From: Fidelibacterota bacterium
GTDB lineage: Bacteria; Fidelibacterota; Marinisomatia; Marinisomatales; AB-629-J13
NCBI GenBank assembly: GCA_034408645.1
Contig: DASCRE010000069.1
Coordinates: 1-50,313 of the forward strand
Direction of reading: 5' to 3'
Length of the DNA: 50,313 bases
The notes beneath the pieces were generated by a model. The model was not told the DNA's origin, searched no databases, and saw only the letters and a program-made list of their open reading frames with translations. The number at the start of each line of letters is the position of its first letter. Within the stretch, counting starts at the first letter, position 1. Below, piece after piece: positions 8,063 to 18,136 of this stretch. A program made the position numbers and the translations under genes.

Positions 8063-9529
8063 ATGAATGATGTAGCTAAAGATTCTGATAATAAATTATG
8101 GGATTATTCTCCTGCGCTGGAAAGCATGGATCATATCCATTTAGAGGAGCACTATGACCTCTTTATAAATGGGACATTCTCCCCTCCCGCATCAGGGAAA
8201 TATTTTAATACTATTAACCCCGCTACAGAAGAGGTGATAGCGAAGGTTGCCTATGCATCTAAAAAAGATGTGGATAAAGCGGTATCCTCAGCACAAACTG
8301 CTTATGAAAAGTATTGGTCTAAATTAGATGATACAGAACGGGGAAAATATATTTTCAGGATTGCCCGTCTTATATCAGAAAAAGCGAGAGAATTTGCTGT
8401 TATTGAATCTATAGATGGGGGAAAACCCATTCGAGAATCAAAAGGGATTGACGTTCCATTGGCAGCAGCTCATTTTTTTTACTATGCTGGATGGGCAGAT
8501 AAGCTAAAATTTGCCTTTCATGGTAGGGAACACAGTTCACTAGGTGTTGCCGGTCAAATTATCCCTTGGAACTTCCCCTTGCTCATGGCTGCGTGGAAGA
8601 TTGCCCCTGCCCTTGCCACCGGGAATACTGTTGTATTAAAACCCGCAGAAACAACCCCCCTTACAGCCCTTAAGCTTTCTGAATTAATTCAGGAGGCAGA
8701 TCTCCCGCCAGGCGTTGTCAATGTTATTTCAGGTGATGGTGATACAGGTAAATATTTAGTGCAACATGGAGGAGTGGACAAAATTGCATTCACTGGCTCT
8801 ACTAAGGTAGGGAAGTTTATTCAAAAATCTTTAGCTGGGTCTTCGGTGAGATACACCCTTGAGTTAGGAGGAAAAGCTGCTAATATTATTTTTGAGGATG
8901 CCTCAATTGATCAGGCTGTTGAAGGAATAATCAATAGTATTTTTTTCAATCAGGGTCATGTGTGTTGTGCTGGGAGTCGACTGTTTGTACAGGAGGGGAT
9001 TGCCGATGAAGTTATTGAAAAATTAAAATACAGAATGGAATCTTTGATCATAGGTAATCCTCTGGATAAAAATACAGATATAGGAGCCATTAATTCAAAA
9101 ACTCAATTGGAAAGAATAGGTGATTATGTTGATTCCGGGAAAAAAGAGGGAGGAAAAATATTTCAGACATCTTGTACTGTTCCAGAAAAGGGATTTTGGC
9201 ATCGTCCTACATTATTTACTGATGTCTCGCAATCTCATAAAATTGTTCAGGAAGAAATATTTGGTCCGGTATTAGCCATTCAAACTTTCCGTACTCCTAG
9301 TGAGGTGATTGAAAAAGCAAATAATACTCCCTATGGTCTATCTGGAGGTGTGTGGACAGATAAGGGATCAAAAATTTTCAAAATAACGAGTGAAATTAAA
9401 GCGGGAGTTGTATGGGCAAATACTTTTAATAAATTTGATCCGACATCTCCTTTTGGTGGTTACAAGGAAAGTGGAATGGGACGTGAAGGTGGTCTTGACG
9501 GTCTTTTACCCTATGTTAATTTAATTTAA
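8063..9529 (+). CDS. NAD(P)-dependent aldehyde dehydrogenase (complete, catalytic)
   Basis: The motifs are IIPWNFPL, FTGSTKVG, ELGGKA (general-base Glu), FFNQGHVCCAGSR (catalytic Cys) and EEIFGPV. Length is 488 aa. Confidence 0.9.
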   Translation: MNDVAKDSDNKLWDYSPALESMDHIHLEEHYDLFINGTFSPPASGKYFNTINPATEEVIAKVAYASKKDVDKAVSSAQTAYEKYWSKLDDTERGKYIFRIARLISEKAREFAVIESIDGGKPIRESKGIDVPLAAAHFFYYAGWADKLKFAFHGREHSSLGVAGQIIPWNFPLLMAAWKIAPALATGNTVVLKPAETTPLTALKLSELIQEADLPPGVVNVISGDGDTGKYLVQHGGVDKIAFTGSTKVGKFIQKSLAGSSVRYTLELGGKAANIIFEDASIDQAVEGIINSIFFNQGHVCCAGSRLFVQEGIADEVIEKLKYRMESLIIGNPLDKNTDIGAINSKTQLERIGDYVDSGKKEGGKIFQTSCTVPEKGFWHRPTLFTDVSQSHKIVQEEIFGPVLAIQTFRTPSEVIEKANNTPYGLSGGVWTDKGSKIFKITSEIKAGVVWANTFNKFDPTSPFGGYKESGMGREGGLDGLLPYVNLI

Positions 9530-9532
9530 ATT

Positions 9533-10396
9533 ATGAAATCTCGATTAAATATTCGAAAAACACGAAAGCTTTTTATAAATGGAGCATTCCCGAGATCAGA
9601 ATCGGAAAGGTATATCAAGTGGACATCATCTGATGGTAAAGAAACTGTTAATATATCCCGTGCATCTAGGAAGGATTTCCGGAATTCTGTAAGAGCAGCA
9701 AGAGAAGCTGTGGATGGTTGGAAAAATAAAACCGCATACAACCGAGGGCAGATACTCTACCGAATGGGAGAAATGTTGGAAGGTAGAAAAAAACAGCTGA
9801 TTCAGGAACTTTGTTTTGAAGGTATACAAAAAAAACAGGCAGAATTTGAAGTCAATTCAGCTATTGATTTATTTATTTACTATGCCGGATGGGCAGATAA
9901 ATATCAGCAGGTATTCAGTAGGGTAAATCCTGTGACACAGCCCTATTTTTCTTTTACAATGCCTGAGCCTACAGGGGTTGTTAGTGTTCTATGTCCAGAT
10001 AATTATCCACTGAAAAATGCTGTTTCCATTCTCTGCTCAGTGATTGTCTCTGGAAATACAACTGTTGTACTTTATTCAGAATCAAATCCGCTTACGGCAA
10101 TGACTTTAGCAGAGATCCTCCAGACCTCTGATCTCCCAGCTGGAGTTGTTAATGTTCTGACCGGTTATAGGGAAGAATTGCTGACACAGTTTGCGTCACA
10201 TATGGACGTGAATGCCATCATTTATTGTGGTGAGAGAGTGGAAGAGTTTAAAGAGGTTCAGGAACTCTCATCCTTAAATTTAAAGCGTTGTATCATTTTA
10301 GATGATAAAAAACTAGATCGTTTTTTTCAAGAAGGGCCATATACTATTCTTCGTACGGTAGAAATGAAGACCACCTGGCACCCCGTGGGAGTCTGA
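9533..10396 (+). CDS. ALDH-superfamily paralogue that lacks the catalytic domain (cofactor-binding half plus C-terminal tail only)
   Basis: The 287-aa protein aligns by eye with the upstream ALDH through YYAGWADK, PTGVV, SGNTTVV and PAGVVNVLTG up to NLKRCIIL. There it jumps to a tail, TVEMKTTWHPVGV, with no ELGGK Glu and no catalytic Cys segment. Its ATG lies 3 nt after the stop of the upstream ALDH. Confidence 0.75.
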   Translation: MKSRLNIRKTRKLFINGAFPRSESERYIKWTSSDGKETVNISRASRKDFRNSVRAAREAVDGWKNKTAYNRGQILYRMGEMLEGRKKQLIQELCFEGIQKKQAEFEVNSAIDLFIYYAGWADKYQQVFSRVNPVTQPYFSFTMPEPTGVVSVLCPDNYPLKNAVSILCSVIVSGNTTVVLYSESNPLTAMTLAEILQTSDLPAGVVNVLTGYREELLTQFASHMDVNAIIYCGERVEEFKEVQELSSLNLKRCIILDDKKLDRFFQEGPYTILRTVEMKTTWHPVGV

Positions 10397-10404
10397 CCTA
10401 ACCG

Positions 10405-11793
10405 ATGGTTAAGAAGGGAGAGACGTTAACCCTCAAGATTGATTCGCTGGCCTATGGAGGCAGAGGGGTGGCGCGTCATGATCAATGTGTTATCTTTGTT
10501 GATAAAGCTTTGCCCTATCAGGAGGTCAGCGCATTTATCTACAAAAAACGCAGTGGATACGGAGAAGCAAAAATCCTTGATATTCTGAAGGAATCTAAAA
10601 AAAAAGCTGACCCTATGTGTGAACATTTTTCGCACTGTGGAGGATGCGCCCATCAGAATTTGGATTATACTGAACAAATAGAACAAAAAAGAAAACAGAT
10701 TGAAGATATTTTTTCCCGTCAGGCAGGAATAGAGGATTTCCAAGTTTCAACCATTATCCCTGCACAGGAAATATATCATTACCGCAATAAGATGGAGTTT
10801 ACATTCTCCAGTCAGAGGTGGATATTATCGGATGAAAAAGAGGGTGCCGAATCAGATTTCGCGTTGGGACTCCATGTCCCGCGAAGATGGGATAAAATTT
10901 TAAATATTAACGCCTGTCATATACAACAAACAGTCGGCAATGAGATTGTTAATTTTGTAAGGGCGGAGTCAAAAAGGCTTGAGCTAAAGCCTTACAATCA
11001 AAAAACACATAATGGGTTTCTCAGGCATCTTGTCCTTCGATTCGGAATTAATAAAGGGGACATTATGGTTAACTTTGTCACGTCTTATGAAAAGACCGAA
11101 TTATTGGTGCCACTTGTTGACAGTCTTGTATCTAAATTTCCTGAGATAACATCTATATTGAATAATGTGAATCGCAAAAAATCTGATACAGCTTATGGTG
11201 AATGGGAAAATATTCTTCATGGTACTTCCTATATTGAAGAAAACATTAATGATTTAACATTTGAAATTTCTTCCAATTCATTTTTTCAGACTAATACACG
11301 ACAGGCAGAAAAACTATATGCAGAGGTTTTAAAAGCGGCAAAACTCACTGGCGGAGAAATTGTATTTGATTTGTATTGTGGCACAGGAACAATGGCACTT
11401 TATTTAGCGCGACAGGCAAAGGAAGTCTTTGGCTTTGAAGTAGTTAAAGTGGCGGTGGAGGATGCTATAAGAAATTCTGTGAGAAATGGCATTGGGAATG
11501 TTCAATTTATACATACAAATTTAGAGAAATATAGCCCCGACAATTCTTTGCCAGTGCCAGACGTGGTTGTTGTGGATCCCCCCAGAGCAGGGCTCCAGGG
11601 ATCTGCAGTAAAAAGTGTTTTATCTTTTGGGGCAAAAAAAATTATATATGTGTCCTGCAATCCCTCTACTCAAGCGAGGGACACTTTGGCATTTTTGCAG
11701 AGTGGATATCAATTAAAATCTATGATTTTAATTGATATGTTTCCCCACACACCACATGTGGAGACCATCGGTATTTTTCAACTTGGCCCTTAA
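10405..11793 (+). CDS. rlmD: 23S rRNA (uracil-5-)-methyltransferase, RlmD/RumA family
   Basis: It has an N-terminal TRAM-like domain, the Fe-S Cys cluster CEHFSHCGGCAHQ, SAM motif DLYCGTGT, VVVDPPRAG and the catalytic YVSCNP. Confidence 0.85.
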   Translation: MVKKGETLTLKIDSLAYGGRGVARHDQCVIFVDKALPYQEVSAFIYKKRSGYGEAKILDILKESKKKADPMCEHFSHCGGCAHQNLDYTEQIEQKRKQIEDIFSRQAGIEDFQVSTIIPAQEIYHYRNKMEFTFSSQRWILSDEKEGAESDFALGLHVPRRWDKILNINACHIQQTVGNEIVNFVRAESKRLELKPYNQKTHNGFLRHLVLRFGINKGDIMVNFVTSYEKTELLVPLVDSLVSKFPEITSILNNVNRKKSDTAYGEWENILHGTSYIEENINDLTFEISSNSFFQTNTRQAEKLYAEVLKAAKLTGGEIVFDLYCGTGTMALYLARQAKEVFGFEVVKVAVEDAIRNSVRNGIGNVQFIHTNLEKYSPDNSLPVPDVVVVDPPRAGLQGSAVKSVLSFGAKKIIYVSCNPSTQARDTLAFLQSGYQLKSMILIDMFPHTPHVETIGIFQLGP

Positions 11794-11940
11794 CTAGTCT
11801 TGTGCTGTTAAAATTATTTTAAAAATGGTTAATTTTATTCAATGTATTTAACTGTAAAAACATTGTTGTAAAACAGATGATTCAGTTTTTAAGTTGGATT
11901 TATTTAAATATAAAAATGATAAAGCTATAGATATTTTCTA

Positions 11941-14580
11941 ATGACAGAACTAGATAAAGTGTTTTCACCGGGCGTTGTGGAAAAGCGGTGGTATGACCAC
12001 TGGCAGGAAAAGGGATACTTTCATGCAGAACCAGATTCGGGGAAACAACCATACACGATTGTTATTCCCCCCCCAAATGTTACTGGTATCCTTACGATGG
12101 GTCATGTATTAAATAATACGATTCAAGATGTTTTGATAAGAAAGGCACGAATGGAGGGATTTGAAGCCTGTTGGATACCAGGAACTGACCATGCATCTAT
12201 TGCTACGGAATCCAAGGTGATGCAGATGCTGCAGGACAAAAATATTGAAAAAGATACTCTTTCAAGAGAAGAGTTTTTAAAATATTCATGGGATTGGAAA
12301 GAAAAGTATGGTGGAATCATCATCCAACAGTTAAAAAAACTTGGATGTTCCTGTGACTGGGAAAGAGAAAAATTCACTATGGATGATAGATATTCCAATG
12401 CCGTGCTGGAAGCATTTGTTCGGCTTCATAAAAAAGGCTTGGTTTACCGGGGATATCGTCTTGTAAACTGGTGCCCTGCATCACAATCCGCCATTAGTGA
12501 TGAGGAAGTCATTCATAGAAAAGTTCAGGGATCTCTATGGACACTCAGCTATCCTTTAAAGGATAAAAGTGGAACCATCGAAGTGGCCACAACCCGTCCT
12601 GAAACGATGCTGGGTGATACCGCTGTGGCAGTTCATCCTAAAGACGATAGGTATAGAAAATATATAGGGCAGAAAATCGAACTCCCTTTAACCGGAAGAA
12701 TCATCCCTATTGTAGGAGATAAATTTGTAGATCCAGATTTTGGAACGGGATGTGTCAAAGTAACCCCCGCACATGACCCCAATGATTTCGAAATAGGGAA
12801 ACGCCATGATTTAGATTTTATAAACATCATGAACCCTGATGCATCTTTAAATGATAGTGTACCGGAACAATTTAAAGGACTAACTCGGGAAAATGCGAGA
12901 AAACAGGTTATAGAAAGATTAAAATCTTTCAAATTAATTTCAAATGAAAAATCCTATACTCATAGTGTGGGATTCTCAGAACGGGGGGGTGTCCCTATTG
13001 AATATTATCTATCTGAACAGTGGTATTTAAAGATGAAGGCATTGGCTGAACCAGCCATAAAGGCGGTTAAGGATGGGGATATTAAATTTCATCCTCCCCA
13101 CTGGGTAAAAACATATGATCATTGGATGGAAAATATAAATGACTGGTGCATAAGTAGGCAATTATGGTGGGGACATCAAATTCCTGTTTGGTATAAAAAA
13201 GGAGAGGATTCTTCTTTAAAAGAAAATATTCATGTCTCTGTGGTTGGGCCAAAGGACCCTGAAAACTGGAGACAAGATAAGGACGTTTTGGACACCTGGG
13301 CAAGTTCTTGGATATGGCCTTTTGGGGTGCATGATTGGCCAGAGAGTTCAGAGGATTTAGACTCTTTTTATCCTACAAACACCTTGGTAACTGGCCCAGA
13401 TATTATTTTCTTTTGGGTGGCACGGATGATTATGGCAGGATGTGAATTTATGGAGGACCTTCCATTTAAAGATGTGTATTTCACAAGTATATTGAGAGAT
13501 GACAAAGGGAGGAAACTGAGTAAATCACTGGGAAACTCTCCTGATCCTCTGGACTTAATTGAACAATTTGGTGCAGATGCAGTTCGTTTCAGTATATTGT
13601 TAATCTCGCCTCAGGGAGTAGATGTTTTATTTTCTCCTGACCGAATGGAACTTGGGAGAAATTTTATGAATAAACTTTGGAACGCGGCACGTTTTGTAAT
13701 AATAAATACACCCTCCCCGGAATTATTACCTGAAATTGATAAAGTAAAATCTGAATTTAAATTACCTGAAAAATGGATTATTAGCAGATTGAATAATACA
13801 ATAAGGGAAGTGAACAGGCGATTGAATAAATTTCAATTTAATGAGGCAGTAAAAGTTATTTATGATTTTACTTGGAGTGATTACTGTGATTGGATGATTG
13901 AAATATCAAAGATTTCGTTCTATGGTGAAGATAAAAAACGAAAAAAGCATCTTCAGGTGGTTGCAGTTTCTGTTTTAAAACAAGTGTTGTGTTTGTTACA
14001 TCCGTTTGTACCGTTTATTACGGAAGAGCTCTGGCATCAATTTTGCAATGAAAATGAGGGAGACATTATTCTTTCGAAATGGCCTGATTATAATAAAAGC
14101 GAAGTAGATGAAGAAGCAGAACAGATGATGGATATACTAAAGGAAATTATTACCTCTGTACGATCAGTTCGTAATAGGATGGGTGTTCCACCTTCAAAAA
14201 AAGCAAACCTTATCATCCGAACTGAAAATGTAGAGCTCTTTGAAAATTATCAGCAGATAATTCAAACCTTGGGAAGTATCGATATCATTACTATGGGTTT
14301 AAATCTTGAAAAACCGCCCAATTCTGCTACGATCGTTGTGAGAGGTATGGAAATTTTTATTCCACTGGAGGGATTAATTGATTTTGACCTTGAAAGAACG
14401 CGATTAAAAAGGAGGAAAGAGGAATTGACCGGACATTATGAGTCAGCATTAAAGACTATAAATAGCAAATCATTTTTAGAGAAAGCTCCAGTGTCTGTGG
14501 TGGAGAATAAAAAGAAAAAGCTAAATGAAATGAAGATAGAATTAGAGAAACTCATATCAAATTTGGAGATGCTAAATTGA
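11941..14580 (+). CDS. valS: Valine--tRNA ligase
   Basis: Length is 879 aa. It has the class I signature PPPNVTGILTMGHVLN, the KMSKS-type KLSKSLGN, and a C-terminal coiled coil. Confidence 0.95.
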   Translation: MTELDKVFSPGVVEKRWYDHWQEKGYFHAEPDSGKQPYTIVIPPPNVTGILTMGHVLNNTIQDVLIRKARMEGFEACWIPGTDHASIATESKVMQMLQDKNIEKDTLSREEFLKYSWDWKEKYGGIIIQQLKKLGCSCDWEREKFTMDDRYSNAVLEAFVRLHKKGLVYRGYRLVNWCPASQSAISDEEVIHRKVQGSLWTLSYPLKDKSGTIEVATTRPETMLGDTAVAVHPKDDRYRKYIGQKIELPLTGRIIPIVGDKFVDPDFGTGCVKVTPAHDPNDFEIGKRHDLDFINIMNPDASLNDSVPEQFKGLTRENARKQVIERLKSFKLISNEKSYTHSVGFSERGGVPIEYYLSEQWYLKMKALAEPAIKAVKDGDIKFHPPHWVKTYDHWMENINDWCISRQLWWGHQIPVWYKKGEDSSLKENIHVSVVGPKDPENWRQDKDVLDTWASSWIWPFGVHDWPESSEDLDSFYPTNTLVTGPDIIFFWVARMIMAGCEFMEDLPFKDVYFTSILRDDKGRKLSKSLGNSPDPLDLIEQFGADAVRFSILLISPQGVDVLFSPDRMELGRNFMNKLWNAARFVIINTPSPELLPEIDKVKSEFKLPEKWIISRLNNTIREVNRRLNKFQFNEAVKVIYDFTWSDYCDWMIEISKISFYGEDKKRKKHLQVVAVSVLKQVLCLLHPFVPFITEELWHQFCNENEGDIILSKWPDYNKSEVDEEAEQMMDILKEIITSVRSVRNRMGVPPSKKANLIIRTENVELFENYQQIIQTLGSIDIITMGLNLEKPPNSATIVVRGMEIFIPLEGLIDFDLERTRLKRRKEELTGHYESALKTINSKSFLEKAPVSVVENKKKKLNEMKIELEKLISNLEMLN

Positions 14581-15932
14581 AAAATATATTTTTGTTATTG
14601 TTAACAATGTGCCTGCTTAATGGGCAAAGTATGAATGCCAATTTGACTTTGTATAAAAATGGTTATACAATAGTAAAACAACCTGCTTTTTGGAATGTTG
14701 CAAAGGGGAAAACACAAATAACTTATTCTTTAATTCCTAACCAATTATTTCCAGAAACACCATTTTTATCTATAATGGATGGTGCTGAAATAACATCTCA
14801 GAGGCTGAACAGAAACATTTTTTCAAGTGATTCTTATTTCAAATCTAAGCTTGGAAACACGGTAGAAGCTTATCCAAAAGATGCAAAATCAGTGTATGGG
14901 CAATTAATCGAGTTCAATGGGAAATCGATTACTATCCAGAGTAAATCTTGGGTGAAAACGATTCCGCGAGATGAATTGACATTACTTACAATTAAAGAAA
15001 AGATAGAAGATGTTCAGTTTAGACCTAAATTAGAATGGGATATTACAGCTACCCAATCTGGAAACATAAATGGTGATATTTTATATATGACCGGAGGGAT
15101 TGAATGGAAGTCAGTTTACCGCCTTATTACAGGTCAAAATGAAGAGTCTGCTGAGCTAGTTTCTGAAGCACTTATCTTCAATAACACTGATTTGAATTTT
15201 GAGGAGTCCCAATTGAAACTAATTGAAGGGGATTTACATAAAGTGTCATCATATCGTCCTATTGGGCTTGGCCCCAAAATGGTCCAGTCCATGAGAAAAC
15301 AGGATGAATCCTTTACACAACAGAAAACCGAAGAAGCTCCATTGGGGGATTATTATGTTTACTCCATAGAAAACAATGTTTCTCTAATGCCAGGAGAGAC
15401 AGTAACCCTAACTCTATATTCCCCCAGAGATGTTTTATTCAATAAGACATATATTTTTGAAAACCGTGAACGACAGAAAAAAGAAGAACCTTTAACAGTG
15501 GAACTGGAAATTGCAAATACGAAGGAAAACAATTTATCCATACCCTTACCAGCAGGGAAAGTTGAAATATATCTTGAGACATCGGAAGGAAATATTGAAT
15601 TTATTGGTGAAGATAATATTAATCAGGTTCCAAAAGGAGAAAAGGCAAAACTAACAGCGGGGAAAGCCTTTGATGTAATTGGAAAACGGAAAATTGTGAA
15701 TTTTGATAGGCAGAGAAAAAGTGAAGAGGCTTCTATTGAAATAGAAATTCTAAATAAAAAGAATCGGTCAGTTTCGGTAAAAATAATTGAACACATAAAC
15801 GGTGACTGGGTGGTTAAAGATTCAAATAAACAGTGGATTAAAGAAGATGCCTCCACACTTTATTTCCCCTTAGTAGTCCCTCCAGGTGGATCAGATATAA
15901 TTATGTATACATATAAAAAGGAGTGGAAATAG
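14577..15932 (+). CDS. Secreted DUF4139-like protein of unknown function
   Basis: Length is 451 aa. It has an N-terminal signal-like MKNIFLLLLTMCLLNGQS and a LTLYKNGYTIVKQ opening typical of DUF4139 proteins. Its TTG start overlaps the valS stop (TTGA at 14577-14580). Confidence 0.55.
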   Translation: MKNIFLLLLTMCLLNGQSMNANLTLYKNGYTIVKQPAFWNVAKGKTQITYSLIPNQLFPETPFLSIMDGAEITSQRLNRNIFSSDSYFKSKLGNTVEAYPKDAKSVYGQLIEFNGKSITIQSKSWVKTIPRDELTLLTIKEKIEDVQFRPKLEWDITATQSGNINGDILYMTGGIEWKSVYRLITGQNEESAELVSEALIFNNTDLNFEESQLKLIEGDLHKVSSYRPIGLGPKMVQSMRKQDESFTQQKTEEAPLGDYYVYSIENNVSLMPGETVTLTLYSPRDVLFNKTYIFENRERQKKEEPLTVELEIANTKENNLSIPLPAGKVEIYLETSEGNIEFIGEDNINQVPKGEKAKLTAGKAFDVIGKRKIVNFDRQRKSEEASIEIEILNKKNRSVSVKIIEHINGDWVVKDSNKQWIKEDASTLYFPLVVPPGGSDIIMYTYKKEWK

Positions 15933-16033
15933 TCATCATATGGCTTGTATTTTTTTAATATAGAAACATTATTTTATAATTACCAGTTCATTTAGTAAAA
16001 AATATAATCTATAAATTCACGGAGAAGAATTAA

Positions 16034-18115
16034 ATGAGCCTTTTAACGCTATCTTCTTCATTAAAATATATCAAGGGGCTTGGCCCTGTCCGTACGCAGG
16101 TGTTATCTGAGATGAATATCCAAACGGTTGGAGATTTGCTGTATTATTTTCCCCGCAGACATTTAGACCGAACAACCGTAACCCCTATTCGTCACTTAGA
16201 ACGTGACAAATATAGTACTATTGTTGGAGCTGTGCAGAAAATTATGGTTCGAAAAATGGGCAGAAAATCACTTTTTGAAGCAGTTTTGTACGATGGGACA
16301 GGGCGACTCTCATTGGTATGGTTTCATGCTATTCCCATTTTAACAAAAATGATACAAGAGGGAGATAAGCTTGCAGTTACAGGTAAGGTTGGTTTTTACA
16401 AAGGGTTTCAGATCACTCATCCAGAATGGGATAAGCTTGGCAAAGATGAAGACCCAGTAAATACACAGGCAATCATTCCACTCTATCCCCTTACTCAAGA
16501 GTTGAAAGAGTCTGGGTTAGAACACAGACGCCTGAGAAAGGTCATTTTCAGGATATTAGACTCTATAAGTGAAATTGAGGATCATTTCCCCGATTGGATG
16601 CTGAAAAAATATAGTTTATTTCCTTTATCGAAGTCATTAAAAGAAATTCATTTTCCATCCCACGAAAAAGGACTCAATCGTTCGGTGAACAGGTTAAAAT
16701 TCGATGAACATTTTTTTCTTCAGCTTCTTATGGCACTAAGAAAAGCTTCTTTTGAAGAAACCGCATCCCAGCCGTTGGGAGTTAAGAGTGACAATGTGAT
16801 ATCTATTTATAACAATCTCGATTTTGTTCTCACATCAGCTCAGAAAAAAGTAATCAAGGAAATTTATGATGATTTGAACAAATCAACAGCTATGAATCGT
16901 CTTTTACAGGGGGATGTGGGCTCAGGTAAAACAGTTATAGCGGTCCTTGCCTCTGCCGTTGCAGTGGACAGCGGAGTTCAATGTGCTATCATGGCACCGA
17001 CAGAAATTCTGGCTATCCAACATTTTGATTCCTTTAAAAGGTTTTCTGAGAAATCTCCCCTGTCCTGTGAGTTATTAATTGGGAAAACGCCGAAAAAAGA
17101 AAGAGCAGTCATTTTACAAAAACTGAAGGAAAATACGATTGATATCATTATTGGAACCCATGCACTGATTCAAAAGGATGTGCAATTCAAATCGCTAGGA
17201 TTGGTTATAGTGGACGAACAACACCGTTTTGGCGTTGTCCAGCGGGGAGACCTTATTTCAAAGGGATATAACCCCCATTTTCTAGCAATGACAGCTACAC
17301 CTATTCCCAGAACTCTTGCAATTACATATCATGGTGATATGGAGTGCTCTATTTTAGATGAAATGCCAAGAAACCGAAAGCCCGTAAAAACCCGAGTGGT
17401 ACAACCGGAAAAACTAGAAAAAGTATATCAATATATGAAATCTGAGATGGACGAAGGGAAGCAATGTATGATTGTATATCCTTTGATAGAGGAGACGGAA
17501 AAATCTGATTTAAAAGCTGCAGAAAAAGCTTTCACAGATTTGTCTTCGGGCGATTTTTCAGATTATTCCATAGGGCTTTTGCATGGGCGAATGAAAAAAG
17601 ATGAGAAAAATGACATAATGGTAAAATTTTTTAAAAATGAGATTAATCTATTGGTCTCTACAACAGTTATTGAGGTAGGAATAGACGTCCCAAATGCTAC
17701 GGTCATGGTGGTTGAACACGCTGATCGTTTTGGATTAACTCAGCTCCATCAGTTAAGAGGGCGTGTAGGTAGAGGGACTGAAAAGAGTGTTTGTGTATTG
17801 GTTCAAAGAAAGTTTACAGAGTCAGGTTTAAAGCGTTTGCAGATTATGGAGGAAACCAATGACGGATTTAAAATTGCAGATAAAGACCTGCTAATGCGGG
17901 GTCCCGGCGCTTTTTTTTCATCAAAACAGAGTGGGTTTTTAAAATATAGAATAGCAGATCTGGTTCGGGATAAGACCATTATCAGGGAGGCAAGAAAGGC
18001 CGCCTTTGAACTTATTGAAAAAGATCCTCACTTGCGAAAACCAGATCATGAAGGGGTCAGAAATAAATTCATTCAGGAGTATCGATCCTTACTTCAAGAT
18101 ATAAAGATTAACTGA
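16034..18115 (+). CDS. recG: ATP-dependent DNA helicase RecG
   Basis: Length is 693 aa. It has an N-terminal wedge/OB region, helicase motif I GDVGSGKT, motif II VVDEQHRFGV, and QLRGRVGRG. Confidence 0.95.
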   Translation: MSLLTLSSSLKYIKGLGPVRTQVLSEMNIQTVGDLLYYFPRRHLDRTTVTPIRHLERDKYSTIVGAVQKIMVRKMGRKSLFEAVLYDGTGRLSLVWFHAIPILTKMIQEGDKLAVTGKVGFYKGFQITHPEWDKLGKDEDPVNTQAIIPLYPLTQELKESGLEHRRLRKVIFRILDSISEIEDHFPDWMLKKYSLFPLSKSLKEIHFPSHEKGLNRSVNRLKFDEHFFLQLLMALRKASFEETASQPLGVKSDNVISIYNNLDFVLTSAQKKVIKEIYDDLNKSTAMNRLLQGDVGSGKTVIAVLASAVAVDSGVQCAIMAPTEILAIQHFDSFKRFSEKSPLSCELLIGKTPKKERAVILQKLKENTIDIIIGTHALIQKDVQFKSLGLVIVDEQHRFGVVQRGDLISKGYNPHFLAMTATPIPRTLAITYHGDMECSILDEMPRNRKPVKTRVVQPEKLEKVYQYMKSEMDEGKQCMIVYPLIEETEKSDLKAAEKAFTDLSSGDFSDYSIGLLHGRMKKDEKNDIMVKFFKNEINLLVSTTVIEVGIDVPNATVMVVEHADRFGLTQLHQLRGRVGRGTEKSVCVLVQRKFTESGLKRLQIMEETNDGFKIADKDLLMRGPGAFFSSKQSGFLKYRIADLVRDKTIIREARKAAFELIEKDPHLRKPDHEGVRNKFIQEYRSLLQDIKIN

Positions 18116-18136
18116 GTTGTTTTTATTTTTATAGAA

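Noticed and set aside
9533-10396. The short ALDH-like ORF as simple gene decay
   Set aside because: It keeps an ATG 3 nt after the upstream stop, has no internal stops, and retains both the cofactor-domain motifs and a C-terminal tail resembling the ALDH oligomerisation strand. A clean in-frame excision of exactly the catalytic domain looks selected rather than degraded. I kept it as a finding instead.
11794-11940. 147-nt AT-rich leader upstream of valS as a T-box or other riboswitch
   Set aside because: I see no T-box consensus, no GC-rich stems and no terminator or antiterminator pair, only near-palindromic A/T runs (for example TTAAAATTATTTTAA, which is imperfect). It looks like an ordinary AT-rich promoter region.
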